Program-made: the position numbers and the translations under genes | Origin: Candidatus Sumerlaeaceae bacterium | GTDB taxonomy: Bacteria; Sumerlaeota; Sumerlaeia; Sumerlaeales; Sumerlaeaceae | NCBI GenBank assembly: GCA_049968255.1 | Contig: JBMFRB010000009.1 | Location: 84,362 to 148,361 of the forward strand | Reading direction: 5' to 3' | Length of the DNA stretch: 64,000 bases | Part shown: positions 1-11,149 of the stretch, in pieces | Layout of the letters: each line of letters begins with the position of its first letter | Numbering within the stretch: the stretch's first letter is position 1 | Notes under the pieces: generated by a model | Databases searched by the model: none | The model's input: only the letters and a program-made list of their open reading frames with translations | Told to the model about the DNA's origin: nothing

Positions 1-289
1 TCGCCGCGACGGCCGCACCACGGAAGCCGACCAGATGACACGAACGGTTGTAGAAATGCGAACGAAAAGCCTCGTCCGGCCAGTTCTTCCGCGTCCTGTG
101 GCAAGACAAGAAACTTTTATGTCTCAGTCGCGGTAATTTGTTTTCTTCGCGCTGAACGCCGGCGCCTCCTTTCACAGGTTCCCCCTGGCTTTTATCGGTT
201 TCCGAAGATTTCGCTTGCCAAATTTCCTCCCACTGCCTGCACAATGGCGGTGGTTCTTTTTACGAATGCTCCGAGTGGAGGACAGACGT

Positions 290-1408
290 ATGCGTAGGTT
301 TGGCTATGCCGTGGGAATTCTCGCAATTGCCAGTGTCAGCTTAGCGCAGCAGACGCTTGTGCCGAAAAAAACTTCTCCGATTCGCTCCTGCGAATCGGCG
401 TGGGCTTATCGCCCGCAGGTTGCTGTCTGTCCTCCGGGTGATAGCAAGGCTCCGATCCCAGTCGAGGAAACGCGCCGCGTGCTCAATGAAATCATGGGCT
501 CGCCGCTGCTCAGCAAATCCATCGCAGAATGGGTGGACCTCGGCCTTGGTGCTTGCCATGGGCTGAACAAGGAAGATGTGGCGGTGGCGTACTTGCTCAT
601 CTCACGCGAGAATCACGGAGCTCCCCATTTGGGTCATTTCCGTGGCGAAGAGCCAATGTATGCTTCGAGCATAGCCAAGCTCTTCTACGCTGTTGCGGCG
701 TACAAGAAAATGCAGGATCGCTGCATTCGCGACTCGAAGATTGAGAGCGATATTGTGGCCATGCTGCGCGACGATGACCACGAGGCGGCCAACCGTGTGG
801 TGGATTTCATCAGCGGCACCGAGTCGGGCAATGAACTGTCCGGAGGCGATTTCCGCGCCTTTGCTCGTAAGCGCAATTGGGTCAATCGGTACTTTGAAAG
901 CGTCGGTTTCGAAGGCCTCAACGTAAACCAAAAGTTCTGGATGGACAAGCCGAGCCCGCGCGATCTCCAACTGCTCGGTACGAAGCTCAATCAAAATTAC
1001 GAGAACAGCAACCGTGTGACCGCGGCGCAGGCCGCTGAGCTTCTTTACCTTGTTTATGCCGATGCCATCGTCTCCCAACACGCCTGCGAGAAAATCAAAA
1101 AGGCAATTGAGCGGCGGGTTGACGATGCGAAGATTGGACCCCTGCAAGGTATCGCGGCTGGTTTGCCTAGCGGTTCCAAGATGTGGAACGTGAAGGGTTT
1201 CACCTATCAGAACTTCAACGAGGTGGCGCTCGTGGAGCTTCCCAACGGCCAACTCTACGTGCTGAGCGTGCTCACCCGCTACGCTGATCACGTGAAAAAT
1301 TTTTCCACTCAGGTCAGCCGGGTCGCCGCCCATCGGGCGATGGTACACACGGCTGATGACGATGTGAACAACGCCTATCTGCTTTCGACCCGATCAGGTG
1401 CCCAGTGA
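290..1408 (+). CDS. Secreted serine hydrolase, class A beta-lactamase/PBP-like fold, with degenerate motifs
   Basis: ATG at 290 follows GGAGGA. N-terminal signal peptide (MRRFGYAVGILAIASVSLA). SxxK motif in YASSIAK, then N(R)VTA and ELPNGQLYVLSVLT segments typical of the beta-lactamase2 family. Confidence 0.75.
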   Translation: MRRFGYAVGILAIASVSLAQQTLVPKKTSPIRSCESAWAYRPQVAVCPPGDSKAPIPVEETRRVLNEIMGSPLLSKSIAEWVDLGLGACHGLNKEDVAVAYLLISRENHGAPHLGHFRGEEPMYASSIAKLFYAVAAYKKMQDRCIRDSKIESDIVAMLRDDDHEAANRVVDFISGTESGNELSGGDFRAFARKRNWVNRYFESVGFEGLNVNQKFWMDKPSPRDLQLLGTKLNQNYENSNRVTAAQAAELLYLVYADAIVSQHACEKIKKAIERRVDDAKIGPLQGIAAGLPSGSKMWNVKGFTYQNFNEVALVELPNGQLYVLSVLTRYADHVKNFSTQVSRVAAHRAMVHTADDDVNNAYLLSTRSGAQ

Positions 1409-1589
1409 GTAAACTTGGCGCTGTGCTGGGCTGAGTCCGTGTGCGGCAAATCGCCGACATGGCAGCGGGTGTCGGTTTGCTGGCCCGCCAAACATAGTGC
1501 GTGAGCAAGCCGCAACATGGGTGACTCCCCTTGCGCGAGACACGCGGCATTGTCGTTGTGCGGCACAGGCCACGAGTGGTTTGGTCTCA

Positions 1590-2063
1590 TCATGATGGCA
1601 AATACGTGCCATTTTCCTGCAGCAGGACGCGCACCTCGTGGCTGAACTCGCTCACGTCACGGAACTGGCGGTAGACGCTGGCGAAGCGAACATAAGCCAC
1701 TTCGTCCACTTCACGTAGTTTCCTGAGTACGATCTCGCCAATCTTGAGCGAGCTCACTTCCTTTTCCATGCTGTTGTAGAGTTGCTTCTCCACAAATTGC
1801 ACGATCCGCTCGACCTGTTCAAGCGTGACGGGGCGCTTTTCGCATGCGCGGAGGATACCCGCAGCGATTTTTTGTCTGTCGAAAGCCTCACGCTTACCGT
1901 CGCGTTTGATGACGACGATGGGAACTTTTTCGACAACTTCGAAAGTTGTGAATCGGTGTCCGCACTGCAGGCATTCGCGGCGCCTGCGGATGGAATCACC
2001 CCGCGGGCTTTGCCGCGAGTTCACAACCTTGCTTTCCGTGTGGCCGCAAAAGGGGCACAACAT
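1590..2063 (-). CDS. nrdR: Transcriptional repressor NrdR
   Basis: CPFCG...SKVVNSR...IRRRRECLQCGHRFTTFE zinc ribbon, ATP cone (VIKRDGKREAFDRQK), and DEVAYVRFASVYRQF. Confidence 0.98.
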   Translation of the reverse strand: MLCPFCGHTESKVVNSRQSPRGDSIRRRRECLQCGHRFTTFEVVEKVPIVVIKRDGKREAFDRQKIAAGILRACEKRPVTLEQVERIVQFVEKQLYNSMEKEVSSLKIGEIVLRKLREVDEVAYVRFASVYRQFRDVSEFSHEVRVLLQENGTYLPS

Positions 2064-2102
2064 CTATAATCACCTGGGCTCAGTAGGTACAAGATAGGGT
2101 AG
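2055..2102. promoter_or_regulatory. Two candidate NrdR boxes overlapping the nrdR start and promoter
   Basis: gcaCAACATCTATaat (2055-2070) and gtaCAAGATAGGGtag (2087-2102) are imperfect matches to acaCwAtATaTwGtgt, 32 bp apart. A minus-strand TTGACG lies just upstream. Confidence 0.45.
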
Positions 2103-2134
2103 TTCCGTCAAGCCAATTGTTTCTGGTCAAGGCT

Positions 2135-2187
2135 TTTTCCACAGAAAGGCGCCCTCCTGTGGAAAAGTTGTGGATGAGTGTGGATAT
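2135..2187. promoter_or_regulatory. Cluster of four DnaA boxes
   Basis: TTTTCCACA 2135-2143, TGTGGAAAA 2158-2166, TGTGGATGA 2169-2177, TGTGGATAT 2179-2187. Two are perfect and two have one mismatch to TTWTNCACA. Confidence 0.7.
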
Positions 2188-2328
2188 TTCTCACTGCTTT
2201 GTCACTTCTCGGGCATAGGCGTTTCGCGCCTGCCTCATCGAATGAGAGAAAGTTTGCCCCGACCCGACGACAGAGCGCGCGTCGTCGGGTGCAGCGCGAG
2301 CCCTGCGCTCGGGGCCGAACGTGCGCCT

Positions 2329-3633
2329 CTATTGCTCCACAGCGCAAGCGGGGGCCGCTTTGCGCGTGGTCGGCATGCGATCGAGCCGTCCGAACGCGCG
2401 CAGTTCAGGGAAGATTTTTGCGCACACAGCCACAACGACAAGCGTCCCGATCCCACCGAGCACCACGGCCGGCACTGTTCCAAAGAGGTGTGCCGTCACA
2501 CCTGACTCGAACTCGCCGAGGTTGTTTGACGCACCTATGAAAATGAGGTTTACTGCGCTAACACGTCCTCGCATTTCAGGAGGCGTGACGAGCTGAACCA
2601 CAGTGTGTCGGATTACTACGCTCACCATGTCCGCCGCACCCAGAACCATGAGCGCCGCCATAGAAAGTGGAAAACTTTTCGATAGGCCAAAGACGATCGT
2701 CATGAGCCCAAATACGGTGACGGCGCGGAGCATAGCTTTGCCCGCTTGCTGCATGGGAGGCAAATGCGCGAACACAATGGCCATGACACCTGCGCCGACC
2801 GAGGGTGCCGCTCGCAACAGGCCATAACCCATTTCTCCAACGCAGAGAATGTCCTTTGCGTAAATCGGCAGCAAAGCCACGGCTCCTCCGAGCAACACTG
2901 CAAACAGGTCCAACGTCATGGCCCCCAAAATGATTTTATTTTGCCACACATAGCGGAAGCCGGCGAAGAGCGTATCGCACGAAATGGGAGCCTGTTCGAG
3001 CCGATCAAGCCGCGTGCGAATGGATGCCATGAAGAAAGCAGCCGTCAGAGCAAAACCTGCATCCCAAGCATAAACGACCGCGGGATTCTTGAAGAGAGCT
3101 AATAGTAATCCCGCAAATGCGGGTCCGGCGATGGAGGCGAATTGCCACAACGAGGAGTTCCATGCCACCGCATTGCTGAAAATCTCGGTAGGAACAAGGT
3201 GCGGCAGCAGCGCTTGGCTAGCTGGTCCAGCGAAAGCATGCGCGGTTCCAATAAGAAAAATCAGAGCAAAAATCAGGGGCACTGTGATCAGTCTGGTGTG
3301 CGTCAAGACCACCATCGTTGTGGAAAGCAAGGCCAGCACGCTCATGCATGTGGCCACGACAAGTTTGCGGTCGTAGCGATCGGCCACGTGACCGGTGACG
3401 AGAATCAGCAAAACCGCGGGGAGAAATTGCACCAGGCCAATAAAACCCAACGCCAACTTGCTGGAAGTCATCTCGTAAATTTGCCAGGCAACGGTCGTCC
3501 CCTGCATCTGCCAGCTTATGACGAAAAGCAGGCGGGCTAGTTCGAACCGACGAAAATCAGGATAGCGAAACGCAGCAAAGCCTCGGCTCTTAGCCGAGGC
3601 ACTCGATGATTGGTCACTCGACGGCTCGGGCAT
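2329..3633 (-). CDS. MFS transporter (EntS/MFS_3-like)
   Basis: About 12 hydrophobic segments, motif A GHVADRYDRK, and TPPEMRGRVSAV. Confidence 0.9.
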   Translation of the reverse strand: MPEPSSDQSSSASAKSRGFAAFRYPDFRRFELARLLFVISWQMQGTTVAWQIYEMTSSKLALGFIGLVQFLPAVLLILVTGHVADRYDRKLVVATCMSVLALLSTTMVVLTHTRLITVPLIFALIFLIGTAHAFAGPASQALLPHLVPTEIFSNAVAWNSSLWQFASIAGPAFAGLLLALFKNPAVVYAWDAGFALTAAFFMASIRTRLDRLEQAPISCDTLFAGFRYVWQNKIILGAMTLDLFAVLLGGAVALLPIYAKDILCVGEMGYGLLRAAPSVGAGVMAIVFAHLPPMQQAGKAMLRAVTVFGLMTIVFGLSKSFPLSMAALMVLGAADMVSVVIRHTVVQLVTPPEMRGRVSAVNLIFIGASNNLGEFESGVTAHLFGTVPAVVLGGIGTLVVVAVCAKIFPELRAFGRLDRMPTTRKAAPACAVEQ

Positions 3634-3739
3634 TTCGCCAACACTTTACCATGGTGAAAGCATTTCGTGCGAACATGAGCGTTGCGCAACACAAGTGGCG
3701 CGAGTTCACAGGAACCATTACTAGTCTTTTTCCCGCGAA

Positions 3740-4804
3740 TCAGAACGGCATAGCCTCGTCAGGTGGTCCGACCTTTAGCTCGCCAGCAAACCCCGGATAA
3801 ATCAGATAAATCCTGGGGATCGTGGCTTTCTCGACGTAACAGGTTACAGGAGCAGTCTCACGTGAGGACGCTGTATCGCGCAAAAAATGGTAAATTCGTT
3901 CCACGCCATACTGCTCGCGCCGATCTTCTCCGATGTATTTCAAGCGTCGTGAAAGCGTGCGTTTTGAGCCCAGGATCTTATAGTCAGCCGTAAGTTCATA
4001 AAAAACCTGGCCGTTGTCTTCCGTCACGGTGGTGAGGGCCACAGTTCCATTGCCGACTTTCAGTCCGTGCCATCGCCACTGCGAGAGTTGGCTATAATCA
4101 ATTTGGGGAGCGTTTTCCTTCGCAGCAGCGCGCTGCTTTTCTTGCTCTTCTTCATCATCGGCCACAGGTAACACGCCCAGGCGCTCGCCGATGATTTCTT
4201 CATCCATGATGATGTTGGCACTTTCCTTGAGTTTGGTGAGCACCTGCGACGCTACCTCGCGCAAGCTTTCGCGCACGCCGATGCCTTCTGTGGCCACCGC
4301 TTCGAACTCTGCGAATCGCCCGAGGGGATTGAGATGCGCCCGCAGTTCTTCCACGGGCAGCGCGTTGGGTAAATCCCGCTTGTTATACTGCATCACGAAG
4401 GGAACTCGGTCCAAGCTCAAGCCGTACTCGCGCAAATTTTCCTCGAGGTTTGTCAGGCTCTCAATGTTGTCCTGGAGCCGATCAGCTTGGGAATCAGCCA
4501 CGAAAACGATGCCATCCACACCGCGAAGCACCAACTTGCGTGTCGCATTGTAAAAAACCTGACCAGGCACCGTGTAGAGTTGAAACTTCGTTTTGAACCC
4601 TTTGACGTCGCCGACATCCAGCGGCAGGAAATCAAAGAACAACGTCTGATCCTGTTCGGTTGCCAGCGACACAAGCTGTCCCCGATGTTTTTCTGGAACA
4701 TTGCTATGCACGAACTGCAGGTTTGTCGTCTTGCCCCCAAAGCCGGGGCCATAGTAAACAATTTTGCATGCAATTTCACGAAATGCGTAGTTGATGTTGG
4801 CCAT
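3740..4804 (-). CDS. mglA: MglA-family small GTPase with a ~160-aa C-terminal extension
   Basis: [66 protein letters not shown] and QYNKRDLP all match MglA. Confidence 0.9.
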   Translation of the reverse strand: MANINYAFREIACKIVYYGPGFGGKTTNLQFVHSNVPEKHRGQLVSLATEQDQTLFFDFLPLDVGDVKGFKTKFQLYTVPGQVFYNATRKLVLRGVDGIVFVADSQADRLQDNIESLTNLEENLREYGLSLDRVPFVMQYNKRDLPNALPVEELRAHLNPLGRFAEFEAVATEGIGVRESLREVASQVLTKLKESANIIMDEEIIGERLGVLPVADDEEEQEKQRAAAKENAPQIDYSQLSQWRWHGLKVGNGTVALTTVTEDNGQVFYELTADYKILGSKRTLSRRLKYIGEDRREQYGVERIYHFLRDTASSRETAPVTCYVEKATIPRIYLIYPGFAGELKVGPPDEAMPF

Positions 4805-4882
4805 AATTGCGCCTCGCGCTTGATGCGCTACCTTATTTCAATTCGATTCAACTAGCAGGGCGACGGTAGTAAAGCGCAAAAG

Positions 4883-6655
4883 ATGAAATCAAGAGACGAT
4901 AAAGACTCGAACTGTTTGGAATTACAGTTTCCGGAGAGTTCGACGGGGCTGCCTCATCCGTTGGCCGATTATCCGCTCGTGCGCGATTGGTTGGCTGGCG
5001 ATGACAAGGCGCTGGAATTGTGCGAACCTTACGACCCCACATGGCAGCGGGCGATTGAACGGCGTGACCGAAACTCGCCCGAACCACTTTCTCCGGCCGA
5101 AATCCAAGAGCTCACACAGTTCAATCTTGCCTACGGCAATGTTGCTGGCGCGGCGCTCATTCCTGCGCTTGGCGTAGCGGGAACCCTCGCGGTCGTTGCT
5201 GGTCAACAGCCAAACCTCCTGGCCTCACCGCTTTTTATCCTCGTCAAAGCCATCGCCACGGTCGACCTCGCCAGGCAGATTTCGCAAAGGACAGGACGTC
5301 GCGTCGTGCCGATTTTCTGGGTGGCCTCTGATGACCACGACTTTGCGGAACTGGCGCAATGCTATGTGCTAGGGCGCAGTGGTGCTCTGCGGAATCTGGC
5401 CGTTCTCGTGGTGCGCCACGGTGCGTTCGCAGAAGCCTCGCCGGCATTCGCATGGAATCTTGATCCTGTTGCGCCAGCCATCACGGCCGCCCTGCGTGGC
5501 GAATTGCCCACGGGGGTCGCGCGGGCGAACACTCTTGATGCTGTGGAAAAAGCGCTCGTTGGCCCCGCCACATTCGAGAGCGTTTTTTGCCGCCTGCTTG
5601 CGGCGTACCTCGAAGATCATCCCATTATTTTTGTCGCGCCTCGCCTTCGATTCCTGCGACAGCGCCAACGTCCGCTTCTCCAAAAAGAACTAGAAAATTT
5701 CGAAAAGACAAACTTGGCCGTTGCAGAAGGCGGACGCAATCTGAACCGCCACGGTTACCGGCCCCAGGTGCATCGCCGCGTCCACGACCTCAATTTTTTC
5801 TACATGCTTGATTCATTGCGCTGCCGCCTCGTTCACCGCGGCAAACGCGTGCACGTCGAGCATCCTCTGAAAAAGCAGGTGTTGAGTACTTTCCTTGTCG
5901 ACGATCTACTCGGCCATGCTGAACGGCATTGGGAAAATTTTTCGCCGAATGTCGTTTTGCGTCCCCTGGTTCAGGATTATGCTCTGCCGACAGTCGCCTA
6001 TGTTGCAGGACCGGCTGAGTTTACTTATCTCACCCAAATTCGCCCAGTCTACGAGCTTTTCGGTGTGGAGCCAGCGCCGCCGGTGCTTCGGCCTATGCTC
6101 ACGTTGCTCAGCAGCGCGACTCGGCAAACACTCGAGAGGCTCGGTGCTTGGGAAGCTTTTTTGCGCGGCGGGCTCTCGGCTGTTGTCGAGCATGTCGTCG
6201 AGGGTGATGCCCAGTTTGGGGAGACGCTGCGCCGCCTTCGCGCTCACGAAGACATGCTGCAGCGGGAGCTTTCGGCCCTTGGCACTAACCTGACGTTGCG
6301 CCATGCACATCTGGCTGTTGCGTTTGAAAAAACACGCCATCACATTTCGACCGGCCTAAAAAAGCTTCGCCATCGAATTTTGCGACAATTCCGGCCACCC
6401 GACGACGACATGTGCCGCGACCTGTGCAGCGTATTCACCGAAGTCGCTCCTATGGCGACGGTGCAAGAGCGTGTGCTGAGTCCCCTGAGTTTTGGCAACG
6501 AGCTCGACCCACGGCAACTGGCAAATGCCATTGCAACTCTGCTCAAGAACTGGCATCCAACGGCAGACCCGCACGTTGGGGCAATCACTCCGCCTGGCTC
6601 GACACGCCGCAAAATTGCGCCAACGCCAACAAGTCAAGCCCTGACCACAGAATAA
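4883..6655 (+). CDS. bshC: Bacillithiol biosynthesis cysteine-adding enzyme BshC
   Basis: VAGQQPNLLASPLF, VVPIFWVASDDHDFAE, FSPNVVLRPLVQDYALPTVAYVAGPAE and C-terminal QERVLS. Start codon uncertain. Confidence 0.85.
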   Translation: MKSRDDKDSNCLELQFPESSTGLPHPLADYPLVRDWLAGDDKALELCEPYDPTWQRAIERRDRNSPEPLSPAEIQELTQFNLAYGNVAGAALIPALGVAGTLAVVAGQQPNLLASPLFILVKAIATVDLARQISQRTGRRVVPIFWVASDDHDFAELAQCYVLGRSGALRNLAVLVVRHGAFAEASPAFAWNLDPVAPAITAALRGELPTGVARANTLDAVEKALVGPATFESVFCRLLAAYLEDHPIIFVAPRLRFLRQRQRPLLQKELENFEKTNLAVAEGGRNLNRHGYRPQVHRRVHDLNFFYMLDSLRCRLVHRGKRVHVEHPLKKQVLSTFLVDDLLGHAERHWENFSPNVVLRPLVQDYALPTVAYVAGPAEFTYLTQIRPVYELFGVEPAPPVLRPMLTLLSSATRQTLERLGAWEAFLRGGLSAVVEHVVEGDAQFGETLRRLRAHEDMLQRELSALGTNLTLRHAHLAVAFEKTRHHISTGLKKLRHRILRQFRPPDDDMCRDLCSVFTEVAPMATVQERVLSPLSFGNELDPRQLANAIATLLKNWHPTADPHVGAITPPGSTRRKIAPTPTSQALTTE

Positions 6656-6840
6656 CCGAGAATAAATCTGCAAACGGCGGATATTATGGCTTTCGCTGCA
6701 CTTTGCCTAATGCGCAGAGGTAAAGCTCCTATTACAGCACAAATCGTTAGAATAACACCACTTCAAAGAAGCCAACGCGCGTTCATGATGCCCAACAGTT
6801 GCTCCAGAAGACCCGGAGCGCCGAGGAGGATTTTTGCCTA

Positions 6841-9800
6841 ATGGTCAAACTAACCAACCGTAGCCTTCCCACCACACCCACGGGTCGCGTCAATTTCTCC
6901 CGTCTTAAGGAGGTTCTCGATGTTCCCTACCTGCTTGAGACGATGAAGAAAAGCTACGACGAATTTCTGCAGGCGCATGTGCCGCCCGATATGCGGGAAA
7001 ACGTGGGTCTCCAGGCCGCCTTCACGAGTATTTTCCCGATCAAAGCCGCTAATTCTGAGACCAGTCTCGAGTTTGTGGAGTACACAATTGGCCGGCCCAA
7101 GTACACCGAGCAGGAGTGCTTGGAGCGAGGGTTGACCTACGCGGCGCCTCTGCAGGCTAAGCTCCAACTGTGCGTGCGAGAGCGCAACCCTGAAACTGCC
7201 GAAGTGGACATTCGCGACATTCGCGAGCAGAACACCTACATTGGGGATATCCCGCTGATGACCGATCGGGGCACGTTCATCATCAATGGGGCCGAACGTG
7301 TCATCGTGTCGCAGTTACATCGTTCGCCGGGCGTGGCTTTCGGTTCGACGGTTCACTCCAATGGCAAAACCCTTTACGAAGCACGCGTCATCCCGAATTA
7401 CGGGGCATGGATCGAGTTCAAAGTGGACATCAATGACGTCATGTACGTCGAGGTGGACCGCAAACGTAAAATGCTGGCCACGACCTTCCTGAAGTGTTTC
7501 GGGATGAGTGACAACGACGAAATTGCGCGGCGCTTCTTTAGGCTCAAGAAAGTACCCCTGGACGACTTCTCCCAGGGGGCTGTCCTTGTTGCTGAAGCCG
7601 TTGAAAAATACCTTGGCGCTCATTTTGTGGAGGATGTCATCGATCCAAAAACGGGCGAGCGCCTCATTGAGAAGGGGGCGAAAGTCACAAAAAAGGCCGT
7701 CCAGCTTTTGCAATCGCATGGCATCAAGAAAGTGCATCTCGATGTGGCGCCTGCCTATGAGGGACTCATCGGCGCAGTGCTTGGGGCCGAAGTTGTTGAT
7801 AAAAAAACTGGCGAAGTTTTGGGCGAGTGCTTCGAGAAGATCACCACGACGCATCTGCGTCAGTTTGCGCTCGCTGGGGTGAAAGAAATCACCATCATCG
7901 ACGTCCTCGAAAACGAAACCAACGTCATGCTTGCCACGGTGATCAAAGATAAGGTCACCACACGCGAAGAAGCTCTTGGCGAGCTGTTCAAACGTATGCG
8001 TCAGGGCACGCCCGTCACGCCTCAGGGAGCTCGGCGGCTATTTGAAGAATTATTTGAAAATCCGCGGCGCTACGACCTCGGCTACGTCGGCCGTTATAAA
8101 CTCAACAGGCGTTTTGGCCTCAACGTGCCCGAAGATTGCCGGTTGCTCACCGTCGACGACGTGGCAGCCATCATGAAGCATCTTGCGCAAATGGCTAAGG
8201 AAGGGCTCGAGGAAGACGATATCGATCATCTTGGCACTCGCCGCGTGCGCAGTGTTGGCGAGCTCTTCCAGAACCAGTTCCGTGCCGCGCTGGCGGAGCT
8301 CGAGCGCACAGCACGCGAAAAGATGAATCAGGGTGCTGAGCTTGAAAATCTCAATCCTCAGAGCCTGATCAATGCCAAGCCGATCATTGCTGCGGTTCGT
8401 GAGTTCTTCGGCCGTTCACCGTTGAGCCAGTTCATGGACCAGATCAACCCGCTGAGCGAGCTTACCCATAAGCGGCGTCTCAGTGCGTTGGGACCAGGCG
8501 GCCTCAGCCGTGAACGCGCTGGCTTCGAAGTGCGCGATGTCCACCACACCCACTACGGCCGTATTTGCCCCATTGAGACGCCCGAGGGTCCAAACATCGG
8601 TCTGATTTCGTCGCTCTCCACCTATGCCCGGATCAATGCTCTTGGATTCATCGAGACGCCATATCGCCGCGTCGTGAAGGGCGTTGTGACCGATGAAATC
8701 GTTTACATGACCGCGGACGAAGAAGACAAATATGTCGTGGCCCAAGCCAACGCACCAGTGGATGAACAGGGGCAGCTGCTTGGCGAGCTGGTGTTGGCTC
8801 GTCGCCGGGGCGATTTCGTCGAAGTGCCTCCGCAGGAAGTGGATTTTATGGACGTGTCGCCAAAGCAGCTTGTCTCGGTGAGCGCTGCCCTTATTCCCTT
8901 CCTCGAGCACGACGACGCTAACCGCGCTCTCATGGGGTCGAACATGCAACGCCAGGCTGTGCCCCTTCTACGCACAGAAGCCCCCATCGTGGGAACTGGC
9001 CTCGAACATCGGGCTGCAGTGGATTCGGGTGCGTGCGTCCTCGCCCGCAACGATGGAATCGTTGAACGCGTCACAGCCAGCGAAATCGTTGTGCGCAACG
9101 AACTTGGGCAGCTCGATTACTACCCCCTGCTCAAGTACCGCCGCTCAAACCAAGATACCTGCCTGAACCAAAAGCCCATCGTCAACGAAGGCGATCAAGT
9201 GGAGGCAGGACAGGTCATTGCCGACGGTCCGGCTACGGACCATGGCGAGCTGGCGTTGGGCCGCAATCTCCTGGTGGCCTTCATGCCATTTGGTGGCTAC
9301 AACTTCGAAGACGCCATTGTCATTAGTGAGCGCGTGGTAAAAGATGACGCTTACACCTCGATCCACATCGAAGTCTTCTCCCACGATGCGCGTGAAACCA
9401 AGGCCGGCAAAGAGGAAATCACTCGCGACATTCCTAATGTGGGAGAAGAAAAACTCCGCAACCTCGATGAGAACGGCCTGATCATCATCGGCTCCGAGGT
9501 GAAACCGGGCGACTATCTCGTGGGCAAGGTCACGCCACGGCCTGAGCAGGAGCGTGGCCCTGAGGATCGCCTGTTAGCCGCCATCTTTGGCGACAAGAGC
9601 CACGACGTTCGGGATGCGTCATTGAAAGCTCCAGCGGGGTGCTATGGCACAGTCGTGGACGTGAAAATGTTCAGCCGCAAAGAGCGCTCTGCACGCTCGG
9701 ACAAGCTCGACAAACAGGAAATTGAAAAAGTCGAACAGGAAAAAATGCGGTTGCTCGAAGATGAAGAAACAAACTTTAGCCGTCGGCTGACGGAGTTGCT

Positions 9801-11037
9801 CGCCAAAATCTCAAAGCCCATTGTCAATTATGAGACCGGCGAGGTTGTTCTCAAGCCCGGCCAGCGCGTGACCGAGGCAGCGGTCGATTATGTCAAACGC
9901 AGTCTTGCCGTCGGCGGCGTGATTCCCGTAGAAGGCGAGCTGGGTACGCGGATCAAAATCGCTTACCAAACCTACTTCACTCGCAAGCAGCAGATCGAGG
10001 AAGATGCGCGCAATCGTATTGACCGCATCAAAGCCGGCGAAGAGTTGCCCATGGGCGTCCTCAAAACCTGCAAAGTCTATGTGGCGGTGAAGCGCAAGCT
10101 TCAAGTGGGCGACAAGATGGCCGGTCGCCACGGAAATAAGGGGGTGGTAGCGAAGATCGTGCCGGAAGAAGATATGCCTTTCCTTGCAGATGGGCGCCGA
10201 GTGGATATCGTCCTCAACCCCTTGGGTGTGCCGTCGCGCATGAACGTCGGCCAAATTCTCGAGACGCACCTCGGTTGGGCCGCTCAGGCACTTGGCTTTA
10301 AAGTGGCCACGCCGGTGTTCGACGGCGCCAAAGAGGATGAAATCCGCGAATTGCTCATCAAGGCACGCAATGAAAAACTCCGGCAAAGTGGCGACCATCG
10401 TGCGTTTGAAGAATTGTCGGATGCCGAGAAGATGCTAGACCTGAATCCCACAGGCCAGGTTACGCTTTTCGACGGGGCGACAGGTGAACCCTTCGATACG
10501 CCGGTTACCGTGGGCTACATGTACATGATGAAACTGGCCCATCTCGTGGACGACAAGATGCATGCTCGCGCCACCGGCCCGTACTCGCTTGTCACGCAGC
10601 AACCGCTCGGCGGCAAGGCACAAGCGGGAGGCCAGCGCTTCGGCGAAATGGAGGTGTGGGCACTAGAAGCCTATGGCGCGGCTTACACCCTCCAGGAGAT
10701 GCTGACCGTCAAGAGCGACGACATCGTGGGCCGCACCAAGATGTACGAGAATATCGTCCACGGGACGAACTTCCTCGAAGCAGGAGTCCCCGAAAGCTTC
10801 AACGTCCTTGTCAAGGAGCTCCAGGGCTTGTGCCTCAACCTTGAGCTCCTGTGCGAAGAGGAAGAACTGCCCACCGTGAGCACGGCACTTGACGAAAGCA
10901 TTCTCGCTCAGCGGCGCGAGGCCGGTGACTTCGACAGCGACGATGATTTGGCCTCGACGTTTGCCGCGGCCGATGCAGAGGATGAAATCGAAGGCGAGCT
11001 CGATTCGGATGACTCGAACTCCGACGACGAGTTATAA
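6841..11037 (+). CDS. rpoB: DNA-directed RNA polymerase beta subunit
   Basis: [87 protein letters not shown] precedes ATG 6841. Confidence 0.99.
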   Translation: MVKLTNRSLPTTPTGRVNFSRLKEVLDVPYLLETMKKSYDEFLQAHVPPDMRENVGLQAAFTSIFPIKAANSETSLEFVEYTIGRPKYTEQECLERGLTYAAPLQAKLQLCVRERNPETAEVDIRDIREQNTYIGDIPLMTDRGTFIINGAERVIVSQLHRSPGVAFGSTVHSNGKTLYEARVIPNYGAWIEFKVDINDVMYVEVDRKRKMLATTFLKCFGMSDNDEIARRFFRLKKVPLDDFSQGAVLVAEAVEKYLGAHFVEDVIDPKTGERLIEKGAKVTKKAVQLLQSHGIKKVHLDVAPAYEGLIGAVLGAEVVDKKTGEVLGECFEKITTTHLRQFALAGVKEITIIDVLENETNVMLATVIKDKVTTREEALGELFKRMRQGTPVTPQGARRLFEELFENPRRYDLGYVGRYKLNRRFGLNVPEDCRLLTVDDVAAIMKHLAQMAKEGLEEDDIDHLGTRRVRSVGELFQNQFRAALAELERTAREKMNQGAELENLNPQSLINAKPIIAAVREFFGRSPLSQFMDQINPLSELTHKRRLSALGPGGLSRERAGFEVRDVHHTHYGRICPIETPEGPNIGLISSLSTYARINALGFIETPYRRVVKGVVTDEIVYMTADEEDKYVVAQANAPVDEQGQLLGELVLARRRGDFVEVPPQEVDFMDVSPKQLVSVSAALIPFLEHDDANRALMGSNMQRQAVPLLRTEAPIVGTGLEHRAAVDSGACVLARNDGIVERVTASEIVVRNELGQLDYYPLLKYRRSNQDTCLNQKPIVNEGDQVEAGQVIADGPATDHGELALGRNLLVAFMPFGGYNFEDAIVISERVVKDDAYTSIHIEVFSHDARETKAGKEEITRDIPNVGEEKLRNLDENGLIIIGSEVKPGDYLVGKVTPRPEQERGPEDRLLAAIFGDKSHDVRDASLKAPAGCYGTVVDVKMFSRKERSARSDKLDKQEIEKVEQEKMRLLEDEETNFSRRLTELLAKISKPIVNYETGEVVLKPGQRVTEAAVDYVKRSLAVGGVIPVEGELGTRIKIAYQTYFTRKQQIEEDARNRIDRIKAGEELPMGVLKTCKVYVAVKRKLQVGDKMAGRHGNKGVVAKIVPEEDMPFLADGRRVDIVLNPLGVPSRMNVGQILETHLGWAAQALGFKVATPVFDGAKEDEIRELLIKARNEKLRQSGDHRAFEELSDAEKMLDLNPTGQVTLFDGATGEPFDTPVTVGYMYMMKLAHLVDDKMHARATGPYSLVTQQPLGGKAQAGGQRFGEMEVWALEAYGAAYTLQEMLTVKSDDIVGRTKMYENIVHGTNFLEAGVPESFNVLVKELQGLCLNLELLCEEEELPTVSTALDESILAQRREAGDFDSDDDLASTFAAADAEDEIEGELDSDDSNSDDEL

Positions 11038-11149
11038 GTTTCACGCCGACGCGAGAGAGGCTAAAGACCGGCTTGGCCTTGTCTTGACGAATCTCGAAAG
11101 CCGGTAAACGCATTCAAAAACTAACACAAACCCGTAAGGGCGGAACACT

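Noticed and set aside
2135-2166. Inverted repeat read as an intrinsic terminator of the MFS gene
   Set aside because: On both strands the T-run precedes the stem and an A-run follows it. It is better explained as inverted DnaA boxes.
8410-8490. RpoB rifampicin region [11 protein letters not shown], with Pro at the E. coli Q510 position, as a resistance allele
   Set aside because: The main contact residues (Q513, D516, H526, R529, S531) are intact and this position varies naturally.
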